From an uncultured Planctomycetales bacterium (GTDB taxonomy: Bacteria; Omnitrophota; Gorgyraeia; Gygaellales; Profunditerraquicolaceae), in assembly GCA_964603585.1 (NCBI GenBank), contig CAZRVK010000003.1, positions 3,693 to 67,692 on the forward strand: 64,000 nt of DNA, in the 5' to 3' direction. Below the pieces are notes generated by a model. The model saw nothing but the letters and a program-made list of their open reading frames with translations. It was not told the DNA's origin and ran no database searches. The first letter of the stretch is position 1. Each line of letters starts with the position of its first letter. Below, in pieces: positions 12,001-24,000 of the stretch. The position numbers and the translations under genes are program-made.

Positions 12001-15000
12001 CTCGATCATGGCTAAGAAGCTTACACCTTATACACTTGGCGCATTGGTAGCGATGTATGAACACAAGATCTTTGTGCAAGGCCTGATCTGGAATATCTAT
12101 AGCTTTGACCAATGGGGGGTAGAGCTTGGTAAGAAACTTGCGGAAGGGATCTTGCCTCAGCTTGATCCTGAAGCTGAAGTAACCGGGCATGATTCATCGA
12201 CAACAGGTCTAATTGGTACTTATAAAGAAATGGCGGAAAAAGATAACGGGTCTATCGATAATGGCGGTTCTTATGCAAACAATATCCCCTTAGCATCTCA
12301 ATCTTCGATTAAAGCTGTGATCTTTGACTGGGGTAATGTGATAACGAGATTTGACTACGCGCGCGCAGCACAAATGCTGGCAGATCGATATGCCGTGCCT
12401 TTTGATACGGCGGTGCGGTTTCTGGAAGGACGTAATAATGATCCGGCAAATCCGCTTTATCAGCACGAGAGATGGATGATAAATGATATACAGCTTACGC
12501 GCGCGGTGCGGGATTGGATCAAGGCACACGGCGTCTTAAGGGATTCGGAGCATTTTGATTTGCGGCAAGTTAGTGATATCTTTAACAGTATTTGGGATTC
12601 TGATATCCCAGGAGTTGTTCCTTTTATGGCTCAATTAAAAGCAAAAGGGTATCTGGTCCGTATTTTATCCAATACAACCTCAATACATCATCGCTGGTTT
12701 GGAGAACATTCCCAGGCCGCTCAAATCCTTGATTCAAAAGAGCATTTCTATGCCTCATATCGGTTAAGGCTCGCTAAGCCGGATGCAGATATTTATCGTG
12801 CGGCTATTGGGCATTTAAGGTTAAAACCGGAACAATGTTTGTTTATTGATGACACGAAGGTGAATGTCGATGGTGCAAAACGGGTTGGGATAGAAGCGGT
12901 ACAGTTTAATCCGGATGAACCCGTAGCTTCTCTTGATACAATAGTCAATACTTTGATGCGTTTGTCCTCAAAAGAAGATTCTTTAGATAACGGTGGTACA
13001 GCTATCCCGCTCGATCAAGCCCGCTCTGCCTATCGATATATTGGTATCTCGATGGGGGGTAATAAACTTGCGGTATCCATTAATGACGGCAATAACAAGA
13101 TGCTTGCTGGGCCTGCAGAATTGCGTTGGGATAGCGATCATAGGTTTGATAATGAGCAGGTAAAAGATGTATCCCGGGCTGATGAGCTGATGAATACTTT
13201 GGTGGATATGATTGCCCGTCTTGCCGATGCTAATAAGATTGCCAGAAGTAGTTTAAAAGCCATAGGCGCTGGTTTGGCAGGCCCGCTGGATAAAGCTACA
13301 GGTATTTTCGGCTCAGATTTTAAAACACCCAACCTTCCTTTTAATAAGTATCCTTTCCGCGCAGAATTACAGAAACGGCTTCTTGTCCAAGGCATAGACA
13401 TTAAACTGGAAAATATTGATATGTATAACGACGGTGAAGCAGCCTTAAGAGGAGAAAGTTTTTCTCCGGAAGGCGCTTTAGCGGATAAAGACGGCGGGAT
13501 TGTTATTATCGGTGGAGGTATTAATATCGCAGTAAATAAAAAAGGGCATGGGTTTATCTATTTTGGCCCGGTTCAGGATAAAGGAGAGATTAAGGAGTGC
13601 GGGCATAACCTTTATCAGGTAAAAGCCGCTCAAGGTAGAATTCATTATTTTTGGTCTGGAGATAGAACTTTTGGCGGGCATCCTATTGAATTGGGCAACT
13701 CTTCCGAGGCAATTAAAGCAAAATGCGGCAATATGGGTGAAGAATACGTTAGGTTGGGAGAGGAAGCGTTTAGAAAAGTATATCCTGATTATCCGTTTAT
13801 CGCTAAAGGCCTGAAAGATTTTGAGGATAGATCTTCCGGCCCGAATATCCGCAAAAGGATCGCGCAAACGATTGCCAGGGCGAAACAAAGGCATTCGCCA
13901 AGGTTAGATGAATATCTGGCGATCGAAGCAACTGCCGGCCGGCAGAAACGCGCGAATGAACTTGAGCGGGCGATTACTCCCGAGGCGGAAAGCGGTAATA
14001 GAACAGCGCTTCGGCTGATCAGGATTTTTGCCGCAGAGATCGGACAGGCATTGGCTGCTTTTATTGCACACTACCAGGAAGAAGAATTTGTGCGGCACCT
14101 GGTATTGGTTTCGGGTGTAAATGAGAATATGGGTAAGGATGTCTATGAGACTGATGCCGACAGGATTAGCGGAATAGATGCATTTATCAAACATATCCGT
14201 ATGAGCGCGCGCCGTGAGCTGATCGAGCACTTTGGTGTTGAAGCAGACCGTGCAGAGGATATGGCTTCAGGCATTGTTCGCTCCAAGATGGATTACACCC
14301 GTGAACTGTTATCGTATCAGCCGACAGATACGGAAGTAATGGACGCGTATAAACAAACTAAAACTTCAGAAGCATCTTTAGATAATGGAGGATCGAGGCA
14401 AAACTTTACGGTTCTTGTGGCAGAGGATTCTCCGGTAGAACAAGACGAGTATATTGCTAAGCTGACCGCTAAAGGATATAAAGTGGTTCTTGCCAAAGAT
14501 GGTATAGCGGCTTTGAGTTTGCTTGAAAATGGTTTGGATCCGGATCTTGTGCTGACTGATTACAAAATGCCCGGGATGCGGGGAGTTATGCTGGCAAAAC
14601 GTATCCGCCAAATGCAAGCTACCATGCCGATCGTACTGCACACCAAGGAAGATGAGGTTATCGGAACAACTTATGAGATCGCGCCAGGTGAGAAGATCAC
14701 TGGTTTAAGTAAATATGCGCAGGAGGGTTTAGATGAAGTAGACAGAATATGGGCCAAGCTTAATAGCAACCAGAATAATACGACAGAAGGATCTTTGGAT
14801 AATGCAGGAGAATATGACAATGCTTATCCTGCCTCAATGGAGTTGACATCTGAAGAAATGACATTGCCCAATATGATGTTAGAAGAAGTTCAAACAGCCT
14901 TTGGGAAAATTGCTCCTTATAGCATGGGCGCGCGGATGTTCGCTTCTGCTTTAGCGGACAGTGTGGTGATCTCTATTCTGCCTTTTGATGCCCAGCAGGC

Positions 15001-18000
15001 AAGAAACCGGATCGGTTTTAGGGCGCAAGAAGCAATCGCGGTTTATGATGGCCAGATACTTTGGTTCTCCTGGGCGCTTCTAAGGCGTTTTCATAGGATA
15101 CATGAAGTTGATATTCATGTGGATAGCGCGGTATTAAAATATTTCCTTGAAGGGATTTTCTATCTCTATTTTGTTGCTGATCAGTCTTATCCTAAGCTGA
15201 TGCAGGAATGTTTATCGCTAAAAAAACATATTCTGGTTTCTACTTTATATGTCGCACAACACCCGGAATTATTCCATGTAAACGTTGCGCCAGCCTTTGT
15301 TTCTGAAATTAAAGCGAATACTCCCGAGGCATTGCAAGAATACCCCTCTTCCCAGATCAAATGGATTGCATTCGATCTTTATGGTGTTTTGCTTAATGAC
15401 ATAAATGAACAGCCGATCGAAGCGGTGGCCGGGCTGTTGTCTGGATTGAAGGAATTAGGGTATGGGATCGATATCCTTTCTAATGCCACAGCAAAAGAAT
15501 ATAAAGAAGCAAGTAAAATGCCCTTTATACGCTATGTCGATCGATTTTTCCCCGCATTTCATACTGAAACGAAAAAACCCGGGATCAGCGCCTTTGGTTT
15601 ATTGCTTAGGGGGCTGGCGATGCCTGATCCCCGCCAGGCTGTGCTTGTTATCGATGATTCCCAGAAGAACATCTCTGGGGCATCTGAACTCTTTGATCAT
15701 GTTATTTTTTACCAGGAGGGAGCCGATATTAAAGCAGCGTTACTTAAAAAAGGCGTATTTTTGCATGATGAAACTTCTTTTGATAACGGTGGAGAAGTAA
15801 ATCCCGGTATAGACATGCCATTTACCGAGTTATTATTTTTATTGTTGAAAGAAAACGTTTACGGAATAAGCCCGTCGACCTTTAAACTGGTTGCCTCACT
15901 TTTGGGCGTAGGCCAAGAGATCACTCCGGAAGTTATCGAAGTAATGAGAAAAGAATTGCCTCCGGAGTCATTATGGATGCTCCAAAGGGCGTATCGGGAT
16001 ATCGCTCAAAGATTCAATGCCCAGGGTATTGACGTAGCACAGTTTCGCAACAATCCATTTTTCTGGGGGAAGAATGCCGATGGGCAGGCATATCTTTTAA
16101 CCGGGCAGAATCTTTCTGCCGATGCCGTAGTAACAAAATGCGCGGGGTCAGAAGGATTCACCTCTAAGGTCAGCGAGATCGTAATTAAAGGGATACACGA
16201 TATTTTTGCCGCCGAAGGGATTAAGACCGAAGATTTTATTAAATTCGCTGATGCAGGGTCATGGCATGTAAGTATTGCTGCGCTTAAACCCAAACTCGAT
16301 ACCGATGTTACGGATGCGCAGGTCAGACAAGCAAGCGCCGATATTAAGCAGTTAACGCGTAATATGCGGTCCTTCTCTATCATTTTCGATAGGGTGATCA
16401 TTGCACCAAACGGCACGGTAATGGTGGTTGGCTATGATAACAACGGCCAGGCAACGCAGTTGCGGGACGGATTGGCAAAAAGTTACCGGGATTACGAATA
16501 TAGCCGGATGAATATCTTCCATATTACTATTGGACGATTCATTGAGAATCCGCCTCAACAGGTTGTAGAAACTTTAAAGAAGTGGGTTATGGCCTTTGCC
16601 TGGGAACGATTGGGGACGATTAAGGTGGATAGTATTGTTTTGGCAAGCCAGAAGGGCCCGATTATTCAGCCGACGTTTAAGGAGTGGGAAAGATTCGAAT
16701 TAGCAGGAAAACCGGTAATAAGTTTGAGCCTGGTTAACGAATATTCTCGGCCATCGGATATAAGTTTTATTAAACGCCAATTATTTATGTCCGGCGTCTA
16801 TGGTGCGCTTTTCTTTGCACCGATCGGGTTACTCGCGACACTTTATATCGCTCCATTTTCGCTTTTATGGATAGCGGTAGTCCCTGTTATTTCCGGATTA
16901 CTTGGCGGGGTTTTTCTTGCCGGGCTACATTTAATCGAATTACATCTATCAAACCCAACTCCCAGGGCTATTCTTGATGCCGAATGGCTTGCGGATATGG
17001 CGGTAAGGCATGAAAAGAAGGTTCTTCAAGGGCAGGTTGCAGAAGAGTCATTCGATAACGGGGGAGTATTTTCGGAAGGCACAACTCGAGACGATCCAGC
17101 CAAGAAACGTTTCCTGCACGTGGCTGTTGGCGTTATCGGTTTTGTTATTGTTGTAATAATCCTGAATAAGTTAGTTGTTACCCTCGGCCTATTCTCCGGG
17201 CAGAGCCTGTTTGCGCTTTATATCAGTGCCTACGCGCGGTATCCGTTTTGGGTCGCGGGCTTAACTGCTTCATTAGAAGGCGCCGGAGCGGAATTGATCG
17301 GGTATTACCTGGCGCGCAATAATAAAGAAAAAATAAGAACGTGGATTTCTATATCCAGGTTTACCGGGATATTTTTATTCAGGTTATTGATATTAGGCCC
17401 TACAGCCGGATTAGTCGATAGGTTCATTGAATATCTCCTTCCAAAATCCGCCGCCGTAGGGACATCCGATCTTATTTTGCGCGTAACATTATCTTTGATC
17501 CACGGGGTCATTTTAAGCAGTTTAGTTAATTTCCTGGCGCCTTATTTCTGTTTTAGGCTGGAAGCAAGAGCCAGGCTAAAAGAAGGAAAGTTAGCGGAGG
17601 CAGATGATCTAAGAGAAAAGTATACTGCGGCCAAACAACTCAAAAGGACATGGCATTCAATCATCTTACGCATCGGCCCGGTTATTATACAGCATGATAT
17701 TATCCAGAACATTTTCGGTTATGAATTAGCGTATAAGATATTATCACGGTTTGGCATTGGTTTTATAAATTCAATATACCGGAGCTGGATAACTAACCTT
17801 AGCCATAAGGTAAATATAACTTCCACGAATATCCTTGCGGTTACTTCTACGGTCGCATTGATCAGTTTTATCTGGGGGTCAAAGCTAACGGCTATTTCTG
17901 CAATCGCATTAGAGTTATTAATCGTGCTTTGCGAAAAGATAAAGGCCTTCAAAATAAAGCAAGCGCTTAATGATAGGGAGAAATCTTTGGATAACGGAGG

Positions 18001-21000
18001 GGGAAAACAGGCGTGGGATTACAGTGTTATTCAACGCGCGAAAGTCGGCAAGGAAATACCCCGCGTTTGGCAGGATTATTTGCCTGTCTTAGAGCATGTA
18101 ATTAGTGAAGACGATCAATTTATTAGTGACGCATTTCAGAATATATTCGGTTTAGAAATAACCCGTGCAGATATATCAGGCATAAATATCGAGTATCTGG
18201 TCTCTGGTGGCATAAAACACGTTTTTGTTACAACCGTTACGCTTGTGACCGGTAAAAGATATGTGTTTGCACTAAAGCCCACAATTGTCGGTTTAAGCTC
18301 GGAGGACAGGGAAGATATCATGTCTACTATGTGGACTTGGAACGGATTTTGCAAGCGGGGCATCAAAGGGATCGCTAAATTCGGAGCAGACGCGACAGTT
18401 TATTTCAGAGATTTTCATCATTCCAGCATGATCATTGCCCAGGAGTTTGTCCCCGGCAAAACACTGAAAGAAATTATTGATGATACGGATCTTCCTTACT
18501 GGGCGAAGACCCAGGCGGTACGTAATGCCTACCGGGCATACATTACTTTACGCAAAGATAATCTCATTGCCATTACCGATCCGAAACCGGCCAATATCGT
18601 CGCCCTTAATGGTTCTATTTTCGACTGGATAATCATTGATATGGATAAACTGCGCACCGGCAGTGACCCCTTGCAGAGGGGGATGTCTGTCGAAGAATAT
18701 GAGCAAATACTCGATAACTATTATATCGATGAAATTCAAAAGCCTGTTTCAGCTGAAGCCTTGCCTGGAGTTAAGATCTTAGGCCATGGCAATTTCTTCC
18801 CGGCTGATAAAATAATCCATTTTCCTGCTGGCCAACCGTTTCCGGTATTCTTTACGCTTGACACTACCTCACATATCCGAACAGCAAAAGTTCAGATACA
18901 GGCCAAGGTATGGTATGAGGATAAACTTACTGGGGGATGGGAAGAAGCATTTATGACGATGGTAAATGATTATGAAAATGGCTCATATAGGTTCGGGGCG
19001 TATCTTCCAAGTGATTTTGAAGGCAAGTTTACCTTTAAGGCTTCAGTGGATGGCGGGATAAACTGGCATTGGGCAAATAACGGGCCTTTCGATAACAGAG
19101 TGCTTGTGCGTATCGGTAAAGAGGCTCCTTTAGATAACGGGGGAGAAATCAAGACCGGCAAAGAATTTTTAAATTACGAACCCGTAGAGTTAGGATCCGG
19201 GACAAGCGGGATAAGAGGCTTGGTTGTAAACATGTCTGATCTGGAATGTTATATCAATACAGTGGGCTTTTTGGATTATTTGAAAGGAATAGGCCTGCAC
19301 GAAGGAGGTTTGCAGGGAGGGGAATATATTTGTGTTGCCGGAGATTTGCGCTCCAGTACTCCCAGGATAATGCGGGCAGTAGCTCAAGCTGTAGTTGATT
19401 CTGGATACCGTGTCGATAATTGCGGATTCATTCCTACTCCGGCATTGGCGTATTATGCCATGCAAAACCGGCGTGTTAGTATTATGGTCACCGGAAGCCA
19501 TATCCCGGATAACCGTAATGGGATAAAATTTTACAAATCAAACGGCGAGGTACTAAAATCCGATGAGGCAAAGATCAAAGAGCAGGTAACGTATGCAAGG
19601 GGAAATATTTATGCCAAGTTAGGCATGCCGGACTCATTGTTCAATGAGGAGGGGATGTTGATAACTGTGCCGCAATTGCCCCCGGTAAATCCTGCGGCAA
19701 GAGAAATGTATATTTTTAGATATTTGTCCTTGTTCCCGAAAGAATGCCTTGCCGGTAAGAGGATCGTTCTTTATGAGCACTCTTCGGTAGGCAGGGATAT
19801 TTTAGCTGAAATTTTCTCTGGATTAGGCGCAGAGGTTATAAGGGAAGGGAGGAGCGACGGTGTATTTATACCCGTTGATACGGAAGCCATACGTCAACAG
19901 GATTTGGATTGTATAAAAGAGTGGGCAGGTATTTATAAACCATTCGCGCTTATTTCTGCTGATGGAGATGCTGACCGTCCATGGTTATCAGATGAAAATG
20001 GTGTATTACTGCGGGGTGATTTGTTAGGTGTTTTCGCGGCAAAATACCTCAAGGCGGATTTTGCGGCTGTTCCGATAAGCACTAATGACGCGGTTGATAT
20101 CGCGCTTTCCGGAGAGGTAGCAATAGAAAAGACGAAAATAGGTTCTCCTTATGTTATCGCTGGCATGTTGGATGCGGTTAAAAAAGGTTTTCGCAGGGTT
20201 GTAGCCTGGGAAGCAAACGGAGGTTTTCTTTCGCAGACGGACATCGAAATAAATAATAAGCTGCTCAAGGCTTTGCCTACCAGAGATGCGGTTTTGCCTG
20301 TTATCTGCGCGTTGCTTCTGGCTGTTGATTCTGGCAGGCCGTTATCTGATCTTATAAGTGAACTGCCTAAGCGGTTTACTCATTCCGGACTGGTCAAGGA
20401 TTTTCCCGTTCCCGCATCACAATCGGTCATTAAGAGGATCTCTCCCGGGATCACTGATGTTGATGAGGTGTGTTTTAATGATTCTGTTCCGGTATTATTC
20501 CGGGATGGCGCAGTCTTGAGGCTTTTAAATGACAGCGATATATCGAGAAAGCTGTTGGCTTATAAGGCAATGGTTGAAAAGAGATATTTCCGTACTCATG
20601 GCCTTCCGGCGATTGCGAATATTAATTTAGTTGATGGAGTAAGGATCCGGTTTAAAAATAATGACATCATTCACTTCCGGCCTTCGGGCAATGCGCCTGA
20701 ATTGAGATGTTATTCTAATGCGGGGTCTACCGATCGCGCTATGGGGTTAGTTGATATAGGATTAATGAATATAATCCCGCTGTTGGCCTCACCATCTCTG
20801 GATAATGGAGGGGAAATAGATAATGGCGGAGATATTGTTAATACTGATGGTGATTTGCATATAGTTTGGTATGGCGATGATTATCCGCAAGAACAGGCCG
20901 CTGTTTATGAAGGCCGAAAGTTTGTACGGGTATACAGATCAATCAGGATGAATAAAAAGGTTAATTCTCCAGATCAGCAATTACTTCTGCGCCTGTGGTG

Positions 21001-24000
21001 CAGCCGCGCGGATAATCCGGATAAATGGTTTGAAATCCCGGCACAGATAATAAATGATTATGGCGATGGGAGTTACCGTTTTAAAGCGGACTTACCGCTA
21101 TTTTTCTCCGGAACATATACATATGTATTTTCAGCTGACCGAGGCAAGCATTGGTCCTGGTTAAACAATGGCCTGAAAGATAACAGGCGGATTTACAATT
21201 ATGTTTCTCTATTGCCTGATTTGCGTGAACGGGAAATATCTGTTTCTTTCGATAAGAAGGCGTTGTCAATGAAGAAGATCATTGATGGATCCCCTGATAT
21301 AGAAACGTTTTTCCGTTCACGTCAAGGGCAAAGAGGGGTGGCAAAACTCGAGTATTACCGGGATGAAAAACCAGTCGGGTTTGTTTACTATTTCGCCAGG
21401 ACTGAAGTAACCAAATTAACGGCAGAAGATTATAAGGTGATCTTTGCTGATTATATAGATAGTGCGGATGAAAAGCTGGGCGGGGCAGTTGCGATATATT
21501 TCAGCAGAAAAGATATGGCGGTTGTGGTTGATCTATATGGGAACATGCAGGAGGAAGTGATCTTCGGTAACATTGAAGAAAGATCCCGGGGTGAATTAAG
21601 CTGGGATAAGGCCAGGATCGTTATTGAACTTGATAATGACCTTAATGTCCGCAAGGTCAGGCATGAAAGAAGCTTTATGGGGTTATCGCGAATGGGGATA
21701 TCCATACTAATTTCTTCTGCCGGTATCCCCGAATCTTTTCCTGAATTGTATGAAACACTTAAATATAATCTGGGTTTGTGCGATGCCAATGAGATGGTCA
21801 GGCATGTGGAGAGGACAGATAATACTGTGGTTCCCTTAAGTTTGATCTCCAGGATTAATAAAGACCCGCAAACCGCCAAGATCGAGGATATTGAGAGGAT
21901 CAAAGACTTGATTTATTGTAAAAGCTGGGCTATCCGCAGGCTTGTTTTGGGTTGTTTAAAGCAGCTTGTCCAAGTGAACAAGTTCTCTATGGAAGAGCTT
22001 GATGAATTCAGGGGATTTGCAGAACGCTGCGAGATAACCGAGGATCTGCATCTTTTGCGCAGGCAGGCGCTTGAAAGGCCGGAGGATATTACGAGCGCTT
22101 TAGCGGTGCTTTTTGGCATACAGGTGGGAGTAGATGACCTTTCCGGGATGTACGCATATTGGTTTGGCGCTGGCCAAAATAAGAATATTTACCGCCTGAT
22201 AATTTCTTTGCGCGATTCCAGAGAATTTACTATGGCCGCTTCTACTATACGGCATGACGCGATAGGGCAAGGGTTCAGCAAAACAAGAATTGATGAATCT
22301 ACGCGGTTATGGCAGGAATTGTCCGAGGCCGGCTGCCCCTATGTGTGCAAGCTCGGCAAATCCGTATGGGTTGAAGATTACCGTCCGCGTGCTGCAGATA
22401 GAAGTGTCACGCCTTCTTTAAAACCCTGGGTATATTATGATCCGGCATGCCTTATACATAATGATATTAATCTTGTATACAGGGAGTTTGTAGAAGGCGA
22501 TGATTTAGAGGATATACTGGGTGCGGAAGGATTTGCTGACAAGGAGAAAGAAGAAGCGCTCGCCGCCTGCATCAATGTTTATGATAAGCTATGGAGATTT
22601 AACGACGGGGGATATTATATCGGTGATTATAAGCCATCCAATATAATCTTGAGTAAAGACGTAAACGGCCGGTTTATCGGTAAGATAACCGATTTGGATG
22701 CTTTACGCGCAAATGGTCGTCTTGAGGTGGTTTTTAATGCGGTTAAGGTTCATGCCTGTTATTTACCGCATTTAGCGGGGCTCCTGGCTAAGGAGAGAGT
22801 TTCTCAAATAACCGGTTCATATGTTGAGGATTTAGCCGATTCTTTAGGAGAGAACATAGTGTTTAGCCAGGAATTATATCCTTTGCCTTCTTGCGCGGGG
22901 ATAAGTATGGCCATTGAGCAATTCTTGAGTGGATTACATGCAAAATTACAATTGTTTGGGCTTGCAGGTGTCATAAACTTCAGCGTGCCGCTGGTGGAAT
23001 TAGTGGCGAATACGATCCAGCATGGATTAGGGGGAAAGATAGCCGTTGTCGTAAAGACCGATACTGACTGTAATCCTACAGATATCAAGGTATATTGCCA
23101 GGATTACGGATTAGGCATGGTTAGCCCGGATAAGTTGCTCAAACAAAGCTATGAGGCGCATAAATTAAAGAAACAAAGCGAAACAGAAGCTTTGGAGCGC
23201 GATGGGCTGCAAGGTGCGCCGGTACAAAAATGGCACGGCCTCGGGATGCTTAATATGTGCGTTTACCCTGATGAAGTAGAGATCAGGACTCCCGGAGGTG
23301 TATGGATAAAAGAAAATACCGGAGACGTTGGACAGCCAATATTAGTAAAGAAAGGAGAATCAAAATTTTCTTTCGGCACTATGACAGTATTGACCTGGCA
23401 TGTCAAAGATTGGGATCTTAAGAAGGAGGCGGTTTCAGAGGTTCAATCCGGTTCTGCCGCGTTTGGAATAATTCCTGTAAGCGTATTATTCATTTTAGTC
23501 TGGGCCGTAATTTATGGTTTATTTATTAAAGGCGGATGGGTCTCTAAAAAAGAGGAGGTGACGAGATGTCAAGATTTGAACAGCTCGAGTTCACCCGCGT
23601 CATGTCGCGAGAAGCAGGGATATTTATCTTTGCAAAATATCCTGGCTGGTATTATGAGTACAATTTTCTCATTCAGCCCAATGGTAAAGTCCAGGGGAAG
23701 ACAAGTTTTAACAATTGGGTTGAACTTAGCCGTGAATTGTCTGATATGGTTACTGCCAGGGTTAAAACCGTGTTTATTAGCCAAAAAGAACGGATTTCTT
23801 CGTAAGGAAAATGGAGGTATATTTTTATCGCCGGAAAAGAAAACGATTACAAGCCATAGCTTATCTTTGGATAATGGAGGAGAGGTCCAGAAGAAAGCAA
23901 AGATCTCTATGTTTGCCAATGTAGTGCGCCAGATCAATACCGCGGCGCGCGCTATGGGGCTTCATCCGGAGATCCTGGATCGCCTGGTCAATCCTAAGCA

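Noticed and set aside
9746-23881. SLDNGG-encoding 18-mers as a CRISPR array or DNA-level tandem repeat
   Set aside because: Spacings are irregular (400-3100 nt) and the nucleotide sequences differ through synonymous changes while the peptide is conserved. The units are in-frame within coding sequence, so this is a protein-level motif.
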